This document shows, one piece after another, positions 1 to 11,108 of a DNA stretch of 64,000 nucleotides. Origin of the DNA: Octopus vulgaris. Its lineage: Eukaryota. The notes below the pieces were generated by a model, which was not told the DNA's origin, did not search any database, and saw only the letters and a program-made list of their open reading frames with translations. Position numbers and translations under genes: made by a program. Every line of letters begins with the position of its first letter. The stretch's first letter is position 1. The stretch is from NCBI GenBank assembly GCA_951406725.2, contig OX597831.1, positions 32,922,001 to 32,986,000 on the forward strand. Direction: 5' to 3'.

Positions 1-20
1 TTATTATTATTATTATTATT

Positions 21-527
21 GAGTGAGAGAGCAGTGCATGCCATCAAAGTGACACTGGAGTAAAATATACGAAGCCCAATATACCCATCATGACTACCCG
101 TCTGATAAGGGTACACCAGGCACATGCATCACAACCATATGTGCGCGACATGGTGATCTCATATCAAGATAAACAGCACATGACCTTGCAGGTGGGGCCC
201 AGTTGGAATTTTCTTCAGGTTGAGTAGCCCATCCCGCTCAAAAGGTCCCTGAATAAGGGTTGTTTAAGGATGTTGAAAGAACCACCCATGTTTCCAGAGG
301 TGAATTATTCAAACCCCAAAGAATCCCTCTCAACACATGGCTATGATGCTCCCCCACTACTTCTGCTCGTGATCAGAGCTGCACATATCGTCAGCCACCA
401 AGGGACATGCTCAACTGGTTAAGGTCAAACAACTGACAAGCAAATCTGTGGTATTGAGCAGAATATTTGCTGTAGCCCATCTTTTATACGAAGACAAAAC
501 AATGTACATGATAACACTTCCAATCAG
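21..527 (-). mobile_element. Interspersed repeat, probably the 3' end (UTR) of a non-LTR retrotransposon embedded in (TAA)n
   Basis: About 500 bp of complex sequence bounded on both sides by (TTA)n tracts. The minus strand runs into an (AAT)n tail. No ORF. Confidence 0.4.
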
Positions 528-540
528 TTAATTATTATTA

Positions 541-589
<49 letters not shown>

Positions 590-609
590 TAATATCATCA
601 TTATTATTA

Positions 610-830
610 AGGCAGCGAGTGAGCTGGCAGAATCGTTAGCGCACCGGGCGAAATGCTTACAGGTATTTCGCACGTCATTACATTCGGAGTTCAAATTCCG
701 ACGAGGTCGACTTTGTCTTTCATCCTTTCTGGGTCTATAAATTAAGTACCAGTTGCGTACTGGGTTGATATAATCCACTAGTGTCCTTCCCGTCAAATTT
801 CAGGCCTCGTGCCTATAGTTGAAAGGATTA
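610..830 (+). mobile_element. tRNA-derived SINE, family B (MetaSINE-like central domain)
   Basis: A-box-like TGGCAGAATCG and B-box GAGTTCAAATTCC, then TTTCATCCTTTC..GGTC.ATAAATTAAGTACCAG. More than 10 related copies in the window. Confidence 0.8.
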
Positions 831-1028
831 TTAATTAATTTGAAACTAAAACGCCGGTTTCAGTTTTAGTAATATTACTTACTAAGACTGATTAATGTTG
901 ATTAGAGTAATCAGTCTAATTAATTACGGTGTTAAAATCTCAGAAAAATCACATTGGTTAATTAGAACGATTTAGACATTTTTACGTCTATATACGCATA
1001 TATTCTTGTACGTATGCATGCATGCATG

Positions 1029-1059
<31 letters not shown>

Positions 1060-1184
1060 GGATGGATGGATGCATATTTATATGTAGGAATCTACGTAGG
1101 TGTCGCTAACTTATCTATCAAATTTATATTTCGATCTCTGTGTGTGTGCGTGTGTGTGTATGAATGTATAATGTGTCTGTATGT

Positions 1185-1227
<43 letters not shown>

Positions 1228-1260
1228 TGTGTTTGTGTGTGTGTGTACGTTATATATAAG

Positions 1261-1512
1261 CATTTAAAAGTTGGCTCGAAAATAACGCAGGCGAGACTGA
1301 GGTTATCAGAGTGGATACTGCACTCGGCGCTCACGATGGGGGCCCCTACAGGGGCACACAAGGAAAGAGGGACCGAGGATGATATATTTTGAAGCCCTAA
1401 GGGCAGACACTGGTCGCTGGAAGACGCAGGATATGGCAGCGATGATGAGGGACAAGGACCGCTGGAGAGAACTCTTCCATGGGTCTCGGGAATTTTACCC
1501 GGCCGAGATAGA
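1261..1512 (+). pseudogene. RTE-clade LINE ORF C-terminal remnant (frameshifted)
   Basis: Translates KVGSKITQARLRLS, then after a frameshift WGPLQGHTRKEGPRMIYFEALRADTG...MRDKDRWRE. This matches the RTE C-terminal pattern KI..RRLRL / W.P..G.R..GRP..TY...L..DTG / M.DR..WR. Confidence 0.7.
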
Positions 1513-1623
1513 TGTATATATTTATATTCAAATGTATGCATGTACATTATAGGTGTGCATGTATATATATATGTGCGTGAATGTAGGTATACATATATAT
1601 ATATATATACACACACACACATA

Positions 1624-1662
<39 letters not shown>

Positions 1663-1664
<2 letters not shown>

Positions 1665-1865
1665 TATTTTACTTGTTTCAGTCATTCGACTGCGGCCATG
1701 CTGGAGCACCGCCTTTAATCGAACAACTCGACCCCGGGACTTATTCTTTGTAAGCCCAGTACTTATTTTATCGGTCTCTTTTGCCGATTCGCTAAGTGAC
1801 GGGGACGTAAACACACCAGCATCGGTTGTCAAGCAATGCTAGGGGGACAAACACAGACACACAAA
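1663..1865 (-). mobile_element. SINE family A, 3' half
   Basis: Reverse complement of the family A tail (GCTCCAGCATGGCCGCAGTC...TGACTGAAACAAGTAAAA). Confidence 0.8.
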
Positions 1866-1946
1866 CACATACACACACACACTCACATATATATATATAT
1901 ATATATATATTTGTATGTGTGTGTATGTATATATATATACATATAT

Positions 1947-1974
<28 letters not shown>

Positions 1975-1978
<4 letters not shown>

Positions 1979-2265
1979 TTTAATTGTTCCACGTCCTCGC
2001 GTTGCTGTGTTTTTTTCTGTGTTTTCTTGTTTGGATTAACTATATATATATATATTGCTTTTCAGTATGTGACCTCGTGAAGACCACGTGCATTTTTTTC
2101 CCTCTGTCCTCCCACTTCGGGATCTTTCTTTCTCCTATATTTCCGACGAAGAGCTCCGCTCGAAACGTCATTCCCTCCTTCTTCCCTTCTTTCCTGAGCG
2201 CCCAATAATACTTTATTCGTTCCACATCCTCGCGTTGTTGTCTTTTTGTTTTCTTGTTTGGATTA

Positions 2266-2270
<5 letters not shown>
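1975..2270 (+). mobile_element. Short non-autonomous Penelope-like element (family P1) with an upstream partial tandem copy of its 3' end
   Basis: 1975-2040 duplicates about 2210-2270 (GTTCCAC.TCCTCGCGTTG...TTGTTTGGATTAACT). Related copies at 18640-18825 and 62580-62800. Flanked by (TA)n and contains a hammerhead-like motif. Confidence 0.55.
2139..2173 (+). ncRNA. Minimal type I hammerhead-ribozyme-like motif (core CCGACGA)
   Basis: CCGACGA-A-GAGC(TCC)GCTC-GAAA-CG-TC. Stem II is perfect. Stem I is poorly paired in this copy. Confidence 0.45.
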
Positions 2271-2342
<72 letters not shown>

Positions 2343-2415
2343 TCAAGTAAATTAGAACGAAAGAAATTACGAAAGCGCTATATAATATGTATGTATTTAT
2401 GTACGTATGTAAATA

Positions 2416-2775
2416 TGCAGGAGTGGCTATGTGGTAAGTAGCTTGCTAACCAACCATATGGTTCCGGGTTCAGTCCTACTGCTTGGCACCCTGGGCGAGT
2501 GTCTTTTACTATAGCCTCGGGCCGACCAAAGCCTTGTGAGTGGATTTGGTAGACGGAAACTGAAAAGAAGCCCGTCGTATATATATGTGTGTGTGTGTGT
2601 GTGTTTGTGCGTCTGTGTTTGTCCCCATCATCGTTTGACAGCCGATGGTAGTGTGTTTACCTCCCTGTAATAAATACTAGGCTTGCAAAGAATAAGTCCT
2701 GGGTTCGATTTGCTCGACTAAAGACGGTGCTCCAGCTTGGCCGCTGTCAAATTACTGACACGAGTAAAAAAAAAG
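2416..2775 (+). mobile_element. SINE family A, full length (tRNA head, CORE-like segment, internal microsatellite, tail)
   Basis: TGGCTATGTGGTAAG...GGTTCAGTCC tRNA boxes, then TGGGCGAGTGTCTTTTACTATAGCCTCGGGCCGACC, internal (TA)n(TG)n, and an A-rich end. Confidence 0.85.
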
Positions 2776-3114
2776 AATATATATTTGCCTGTATGTTGTG
2801 TGTGTGTGTGTGTGCGTGCGTAAAACTGAGATCAGCCAGTATGTGTGTTCAAATTTTACGAGTGTATATGCTGATCAGCATCATACTTGTAATACTCTGA
2901 GTATAACAGTGTTATTTCACCACTAACAGTTAATTATTCTTTGTTGCATCCATATAGCAGCACACACATACACACACACACAAACACACACACAGAGTTT
3001 GGAAAATGATATTAGCTAAGTCGTGGTTGCGTCTTATAATCTTTACTGTGAAATATCAGGTAACTGATAACATTTAACAATCAAAGTGATAATATATTCA
3101 ATATAAGGTATGGA

Positions 3115-3278
3115 TTCGTCTGCCGTTACGTTGTGAGTTCAAATTTGCCTTTCATCCTTTCGGGGTCGATAAATTAAGTACCAGTTACGCACTGGGGTCG
3201 ATGTAATCGACTTAATCCCTTTGTCTGTCCTTGTTTGTCCCCTCTATGTTTAGCCCCTTGTGGGCAATAAAGAAATAT
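3115..3278 (+). mobile_element. SINE family B, 5'-truncated, with 14-bp TSD
   Basis: ATATAAGGTATGGA is repeated at 3101-3114 and 3279-3292. Central domain GCCTTTCATCCTTTCGGGGTCGATAAATTAAGTACCAG. AATAAA near the end. Confidence 0.85.
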
Positions 3279-3355
3279 ATATAAGGTATGGAGATCTCGC
3301 TCTGATGTCTGATGTTGTGTTATTGAATAAACGCATTTTAATATCTGTGTTACAC

Positions 3356-3482
3356 CATGTAACTGATGATGTACTTCTATATCTGATAATAAGCTTCATA
3401 CAGCTGATGATACAGAGATTCAATTAGCTTACACCATCTGCTGAGAGATATAGTAGTCGAAACAGAACGTTCTGTTGAGAAA
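3356..3482 (+). ncRNA. Hammerhead-like motif with long stem II and palindromic stem III
   Basis: CTGATGA at 3363. GTACTTCTATATCT pairs imperfectly with AGATATAGTAGTC. Then GAAA (3459) overlapping the perfect palindrome AACAGAACGTTCTGTT. Stem I is not convincingly paired. Confidence 0.35.
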
Positions 3483-3702
3483 GACGTGACACGAAGTAAA
3501 CAAAACGTAGGTTTTCGATATTTCATTTACAGAAGCTGAATGCATCCTTTTAACTGGTCAGTTTATAAACTGAATGTCGTAACATCGAATAATTCTTAAT
3601 TTTTATGAATAGTAGTTGAGCACTTTTTTGAGTAATAGTTAACTGAGACCAATTATGGTGCAATTTGCGGAGTACGTAGATGTCTGGTTCGCGAAGAGGG
3701 AG

Positions 3703-3739
<37 letters not shown>

Positions 3740-3858
3740 TGCACGCTGCGGGCTGTTTATGTGTCTTGTTCCTAAGTACACACACACCTAATAACGTACA
3801 CATGTTTATATATGTATATGTATATATATGTATGCATGTATGTATGTATGTATATGTT

Positions 3859-3921
<63 letters not shown>

Positions 3922-4427
3922 ATGTCTATGCACACACATTTATAGATATATAATATACAAGTGTGTGTATGTTTGTACACATAATTCAATTGTCTAAACT
4001 AAACATTTAAATACACATAAAACCGCCAGAACCACCAAAATATACATACACACATGTATATATGTCTGTTTGTGTGTGTGTATGTGTGTGTGTGTGTGTG
4101 TGTGTGTAGTACCATCTAATACAATGTCTACCATCATGCAGTATTGTTATCGCTACTACCAACACCACCGCCGCCATCATCAGGACAACTTAAACTGCCA
4201 ACCAACCAACCAACACCACTATCTCCTTTCCTCAGAATCGAACCCACACCCTTTCCATCTGCTATCGCCACCCCCTCCCCTTGTTATCTCATCTGTTTTA
4301 GTTAATTATTAGTTGTTAGTGTTGTAAAAACATAAACTTGTAAACATCATTCCGGCTTTAAACAGTTTTTTTACGACTGTAGTAAACTATATTACTGCCT
4401 CCAGCAAAGCCTGTGCTTCGTTATATC

Positions 4428-4430
<3 letters not shown>

Positions 4431-4498
<68 letters not shown>

Positions 4499-4740
4499 CT
4501 CTCTCTTATCTGTCTAATTTTGTTCATTATATTACTTTTCTTTTTTTCTATATTATCTCTCTATTTCTCACCCTATTTATCATATCTCTCCCTAGCTAGC
4601 TCTCTCTCTCTCTCTCTCTCTCTTTCATTCTATCCCTCTCAATAGTCTCTTCCCTTCTCTCTCTCTCTCGCTCTCTGTGATCATTCCTTCTTTCTCTCTC
4701 TCTTCTTCTCTTTCTCTCTCTCTTCTCTTTCTCCCTTCGG
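4431..4740. repeat. (CT)n / pyrimidine-rich low-complexity tract
   Basis: Seen directly in the sequence. Confidence 0.9.
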
Positions 4741-4825
4741 TCATTTTACTTTTTCCTCACAAATTTATATCATACATTACACAGATTATTAAAAGCATTA
4801 ATAATAGATAACAACAACAACAACC

Positions 4826-4924
<99 letters not shown>

Positions 4925-5091
4925 GTTTCCCATTTTAGTACAAGGCCAGCAGGTTTGGGTCAGGAGCTAGGTCGAATAAATCGATCCCAGTCTTCAACTG
5001 GTACTTATTTCCGACCGGGGCAAAATTTGATCTCAGAATGTTACGCATTTTGCCCGCCGTACTAACGATTCTGACAGCTCACCGGTGATGT

Positions 5092-5173
<82 letters not shown>

Positions 5174-5174
5174 A

Positions 5175-5206
<32 letters not shown>
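4826..5206 (-). mobile_element. SINE family B copy (about 4924-5086) sandwiched between (AAT)n and (GAT)n tracts
   Basis: Reverse complement of family B (CTGGTACTTATTT, CGCATTTTGCCC, CTAACGATTCTG) with flanking trinucleotide arrays. Confidence 0.7.
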
Positions 5207-5208
<2 letters not shown>

Positions 5209-5351
5209 CTTTTTGTAACACAGTCATCATACGAAGGGGACATTACAAGAACAGTTTAGAATTTCTGTGGTGGATTTACATAAAAACGAAAAGATGAAAG
5301 AGGAGGAGACGGAGGAGGAAGATGGAGAGTGAGATGGGACACAAAGTATAC

Positions 5352-5440
5352 ATCACGTGATTGACCAGGCTAATGGATGTTGTTAAACATCGCTGGTCAC
5401 AATGCGCTTTACATTGCTTTAGATTTCGAATGACGCCCTT
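5352..5440 (-). mobile_element. SINE family C, 3' fragment
   Basis: Reverse complement of 63215-63310 (GCGCATTGTGACCAGCGATG). Confidence 0.7.
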
Positions 5441-5489
5441 CACTCCTCAGGCTAATAATGTATACATAGTATGCAAAATATATGGACAC

Positions 5490-6120
5490 ATCAATGATGT
5501 GTCCTTTTAGGGCCAGTCGAGGAACCCCGCAGATCCAGGGTTTCCCTGACCACCAAAGGAACGAGCCCTCGCCCAACTGCTGTTTTCCAGTCCATATGTG
5601 TGCTTAGAGAAAGTCCAATCACGTTAATCATTTTTCTTTTGCGACAGTCATTCACGTAGTGACAAATTTATTGGGAGGGAGCCCTTCTCCATTCTTACTT
5701 TCCCTTCCAAGTGGGGCTTTAAAAAGTTTGTGGACGCTGGACCGAAAAGGAAGACATCCGCTCACAATCCTTTCCGCCTCGTTCCACGTACAGCCTCTTT
5801 CACCATAGCTACAAGACAGAATAGCACCGCGTGTACTGACTTGTTAAATGAAGGTAGTGGAGTGCTTCTCACGATAGACTCAGCCGAGATCTAGATCTGC
5901 CCTACACGATGCAACAGATGTTCGATATAGTTACGCTAGTCAGCAATGCTCAACCTGCACGACTGCGTGCAGGACGGTCTCGTCGATTTGCGTGCATCTC
6001 GAGCAGTCTTGCCTGGCGGCACTTCCGTGCCTGTAGAGTTTAATGGGGATTATCCATTGTGGTTCTCATCCTGAAAGCCCGCCGAAGCAGTTCGTCCTCG
6101 TTGAACCAACCTTTACTAAC
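5490..6120 (-). pseudogene. L1/Tx1-clade retrotransposon ORF2 C-terminal (zinc-knuckle) remnant plus 3' end
   Basis: Minus-strand translation KLYRHGSAARQDCSRCTQIDETVLHAVVQ...YIEHLLHRVG...LVAMVKEAV fits the C-x2-C..ET..H..C zinc knuckle. Stops and frameshifts are present. Abuts a (CA)n array. Confidence 0.65.
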
Positions 6121-6121
6121 G

Positions 6122-6176
<55 letters not shown>

Positions 6177-6194
6177 CACACAGACACAGACACA

Positions 6195-6262
<68 letters not shown>

Positions 6263-6814
6263 ATTTATGTCCCTCATCAATGGCAAACTCTGCCACGAAA
6301 GCGGAGTTGTGCTGTCAGGGATCAGGAGTCAGGGCCAATATTTCGCATAAAGCATCACTTAAAGACTGAAACGTTGTAGCTAACTCTTACGGGTTGTCTC
6401 CCCTTCCCTCGAACATACACTACTGGGGTAGCATCATCCACAATGTACCCGAATTGACACCGAACTGGCAGAGTTGTTCGAGCATCAGGTAGTATGTCTC
6501 GGGGTTATTTGTTTCATTTCTCTGCACTGCGAGTTCAAATCCTGCGAACATTAACTTTGCTTTTCATATTTTCGTGTTTAAAAAAAACCAGCGCTGAGAT
6601 CTGGTCTCTGGTTTCAAGATACTTTCACCCCTTTCTCTTTCTCATCAGACTGAATGTCCTGTAAATAGTCCGAAGCGCTGCTTTCCCTCCTCATTAAAAG
6701 TCATCAGATAAATTATCTGACACCAAAACATTTACAACTACCGTCAAAAGGTGTTCAGTCCGCAAACCTAGAAGTAACTGTACTCTACGTGTACATATAT
6801 ATATATACATACAT

Positions 6815-6890
<76 letters not shown>

Positions 6891-7194
6891 GCTCGCGCAC
6901 TCACGCACACATTCACACATGGCAACTTTAATGTGGCTGCCCTCTAAGAGACGATGACTGTCATTTAATCTCCGGAAGATATCTCCTCCAGCTGGATTAT
7001 TCAGTGCGCTCCTCTTGCACTAGATATTTATTGCAAGCGGGCGATTGAAGAATATAGTAGACAGAAGAAAAATAAAGAATAAAACAGTAGATTGAAGAAT
7101 AAAGACACTGTTTTATTCTTTAATCTTCGATCTACTGTTTTACTTTTTTATACACTGTGAATTTTCTGTCTGGAACTTTCCTACATACTAACCT

Positions 7195-7272
7195 TGTCTC
7201 TTATGATGGAATATCCAGTCGATGGAGATGCTGACGCATCACATGAGATATCTCCGAAACAGCTGTAATTAC
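7195..7272 (+). ncRNA. Degenerate hammerhead-like motif (GAAACAGCTGTA type)
   Basis: CTTATGA (one mismatch to CTGATGA) at 7200, stem II GGAATAT/ATATCTCC, then GAAA-CAGCTG-TA at 7256-7267. Confidence 0.35.
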
Positions 7273-7359
7273 ATATATGTAATTCACCTTACATATATAT
7301 CTATATCTATATCTATATATCTATCTATCTATCTATCTATATATCTATCTATCTATCTA

Positions 7360-7493
<134 letters not shown>

Positions 7494-7860
7494 AATTAAA
7501 TGACAAACGGAATGTGAAATTATGCTATGAACTTTGTTATCTCACAGCTGTTTCTGCTATCAGACGCAATGCATTCATAGAGCATTCCTTAATTCCTTAA
7601 AAATGTTTTAAGGCTGCGATCATGCTAGGGCATTGCGTATTATTTTGAAGCATCATCGGAGCTTCACAAGTGAAGTGCAATTTTATTGGGGAGAGCATTT
7701 ACTCACACACACACACGCACACACACACACGCACACACACACACACACACACACATACACATATCCACGCGCGCACACACACAGATGCCCCCGTGCAGAC
7801 ACATATATTCCGGCGCGAACACATACACACACAAGTCCGCGCGCGCGCACACACATATAT

Positions 7861-7911
<51 letters not shown>

Positions 7912-7939
7912 ATTTTCAAAAGTATAACGTAATCTATCC

Positions 7940-7989
<50 letters not shown>

Positions 7990-8454
7990 ATGTATGTATG
8001 TATATACACACACATGCATTCTGTTAGATAGATAGATAGAAATCATAAATATAAATATATAAGAATATCTATGACTCTGCATGTATGTGTATGAGTTTGA
8101 GCGCTATCTACAAAGTATTTCAAGCTATCTACCTGTATAAATGCATATACACACACACACACCCAAACATACATACAAGTGCACACACACACACACACAT
8201 ATATATATATAGTGTCTGTGTTTGTGTGTTTGTGTGTATTTCTATATAACATCCACACACACACACACAAACAGACACACACACACACTGACATACACAT
8301 CACACACTATATGAACGGCATCATACGTAGGAAGCACACAGACCTTATCTCTCACACACACACACACACACACATACATGCATACAAACACACACCGCAT
8401 GCACAATCTCGACATATACATATGCTTACATGCAAAATAATGTTTATATACTAC

Positions 8455-8620
8455 TTGTTTCTCTCTTTGTTTTTTTTTTTCTGTATCTCTTTCTGTAGAA
8501 GAGCGTAGGCTCGAAACGTAAAAGACTTTTTTTTTATTCCTGAGCGTTATAGTAATACATCTGTTTGTTTTTTACACCACCTGTCTTCGTCTTTTGTTTT
8601 TTTCATAAACTCTCCCTATA
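8455..8620 (+). mobile_element. Short non-autonomous Penelope-like element (family P2)
   Basis: Near-identical to the reverse complements at 36318-36470, 38347-38485 and 47430-47600. Ends in CTCTCCC followed by (TA)n. Confidence 0.6.
8488..8525 (+). ncRNA. Minimal type I hammerhead-like motif (core CTGTAGA)
   Basis: TCTTT-CTGTAGA-A-GAGC(GTAG)GCTC-GAAA-CG-TA-AAAGA. Stems I (5 bp) and II (4 bp) are perfect. Stem III is the palindrome ACGT. Predicted GUA cleavage triplet. Confidence 0.55.
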
Positions 8621-8625
8621 TACAT

Positions 8626-8690
<65 letters not shown>

Positions 8691-8781
8691 TATTCAATCT
8701 AACCAGCCCCAAGGAAAAACTAAGCTAAAAGCACTAGATTCTTTGGAAGAAAGCAGCGAATGTATACGAATATATATATAT

Positions 8782-9105
8782 CTTGTGTCTGGGTAAAGTC
8801 TTTCTCTTTTAATTCCTTATTAATTAACACACTCACCGGTTCGATTTCCACTCATATATTTATTTTTTCTAAAAGTTTTGTTGCTCCTTGCAACCTCTTC
8901 AGTAGTTGTTGATTATTGTCTTTGACGATCGAAGAAGCTGCAAGACGCAACGAAAATTTTAGAAAAAATAAATAAGTAAATGAGTGGAAACAGAACCGGT
9001 GAGTGTATTAATTATTAAGGAATGACTCTCCCCAAATACAATAAAAAATACTTCAATACACGAATTCACATAAAGAATCATGCATCTTGCAAACCAAATA
9101 CAAAG
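8782..9105. mobile_element. Fold-back element (family P3), inverted arms of unequal length
   Basis: 8782-8905 is the imperfect reverse complement of 8930-9040. Same family at 18401-18640 and 53675-53990. Confidence 0.7.
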
Positions 9106-9107
9106 TC

Positions 9108-9159
<52 letters not shown>

Positions 9160-9168
9160 AATTATATG

Positions 9169-9222
<54 letters not shown>

Positions 9223-9228
<6 letters not shown>

Positions 9229-9382
9229 AATATAAGAGAGTGGTCACTATATGGCTCACTCTAGCACCAGTTAATCCAAAAGGTTTCAACCACAAAAATA
9301 CATGTATTTTTGTGGTTGAAACCTTTTGGATTAACTGGTGCTAGAGTGAGCCATATAGTGACCACTCTCTTATATTTATTTT
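9223..9382. repeat. Perfect 160-bp palindrome with no spacer
   Basis: Centre ACA|TGT between 9302 and 9303. The 80-bp arms match base for base. Confidence 0.95.
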
Positions 9383-9532
9383 GTAAAAATATTATAATAT
9401 ATTGTAAAATATTATAATAATCCAGGTTTCTCGGAGCACTAGGCCACTTGGTGTAGAATAGATATACTATTAAATTAGTATCTAATTCTCTCACCCTTAT
9501 TAATTAATTATATATATATATATATATATATA

Positions 9533-9932
9533 GGCACAGGCACGGCTGTGTGGTAAGAAGCTTGCTTCCCAACTACATGGTTCCAGGTTCAATCACACTG
9601 CGTGGCACTTTGGGCTAGTGTCTTCTACTATAGCCTCGAGCGGACCAAAGCCTTGTAAGGGGACTTGGAGAACGGAAGCTGAAAGAAGCTCGTCGTATAC
9701 ACAGACATATTTGTGTGTTTGTGTCTGTGTTTGCCCCCCCCCATCGTTTGACAACCGATGTTTGTGTGTTTATGTCGCCGTAACTTAGCGATTTGGTAGA
9801 AGAATCCGATAGAATAAGTACTAGGCTTACAAAGACTAAGCCCTGGGGTCGATTTGTTCGTCTAAAACCCCCTAAGGTGATGCTCCAGCATGGCCGCAGT
9901 CAAATGACCGAATCAAATAAACGAATAAAAGA
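9533..9932 (+). mobile_element. SINE family A, full length
   Basis: tRNA head GGCTGTGTGGTAAGAAGCTTGCTTCCCAAC...GGTTCAATC through tail GCTCCAGCATGGCCGCAGTC. Confidence 0.85.
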
Positions 9933-9944
9933 GTATCTATCTAA

Positions 9945-10012
<68 letters not shown>

Positions 10013-10119
10013 ATATATATATTGTTAACCAAAACCACATATAGATAGTACCATACACGCACACACATACATATATACAGTCAAACACACAATACATACG
10101 CATAAGAGTGACTATGTAC

Positions 10120-10545
10120 TCTTTACTCTCCCTTTTACTTGTTTCAGTCATTTGACTGCGGCCATGCAGGAGCACCGCCTTTAGTCGACCAAATCAACCC
10201 CAGGACTTATTCTTTGTAAGCCTAGTTCTTATTCTATCGGTCTCTTTTGCCGAACCGCTAAGTTACGGGGACGTAAACACACCAGCATCGGTTGTCAAGC
10301 GATTCTGGGGAGGGGGGAAGGACAAACACAAACACACAAACATATACACACACGTACACATACATATATATGCATATATATATATATAAGACGGGTTTCT
10401 TTCAGTTTCCGTCTACCAAATCCATTGACAAGGCTTTTGTCGGCCCGAGGCTATAGTAGAAGACACTTGCCCAAGGTGCCATGCAGTGGGACTGAACCCA
10501 GAACCATGTGGTTCGTTAGCAAGCTACTTACCACACAGCCTCTAG
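10120..10545 (-). mobile_element. SINE family A, full length
   Basis: Reverse complement of the family A consensus, low divergence. Confidence 0.85.
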
Positions 10546-10549
10546 CCTC

Positions 10550-10980
10550 ACAGTCTCGTGTTCAGAGCCCTAAAGCGTAGCACCTTGGCCAAGTGACTTC
10601 TATTATAGCATCGGGTCGACCGAATCCTCGTGAGTGGTTTTGGTAGATGGAAACTGAAAGAAGCCCGTCGTATAAAAATACGTGTGTATATGTTTGTATA
10701 CATATATAGGTGTTCCAATTATGTGTACGTATACATATATATATATGTGTGTGTGTGAGTGTGTTCGTATGTGTGTGTGTGTGTGGTTGTCTGTGTTTGC
10801 CTCCGCCCCATCGCTTGACAACCGGTGTTGGCTTGTTTACGTCCTCCCAACGTTGCGATTCGGTGAAACAGACCGAGAGAATATGTAGAAGGCTTAAAAC
10901 AAAAGTAATTACTGGGGTTGATTCATTCGACTAAAACCCTCCAAGGTGGTGCCCCAGCATGGCCGCATTTAATGACTGAT
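10550..10980 (+). mobile_element. SINE family A, head-to-head with the previous copy
   Basis: TTGGCCAAGTGACTTCTATTATAGCATCGGGTCGACC...CCCCAGCATGGCCGCA. Confidence 0.8.
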
Positions 10981-11067
10981 ATAGACTATGTTATGAGAGA
11001 TGCATCAAGACAGATACATATACACACACACATTCATAGTCACACGCACACACATAAACACAGAGCA

Positions 11068-11108
<41 letters not shown>

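Noticed and set aside
1092-1832. 246-aa minus-strand ORF
   Set aside because: Chimera of SINE A, microsatellite and the antisense strand of the RTE remnant.
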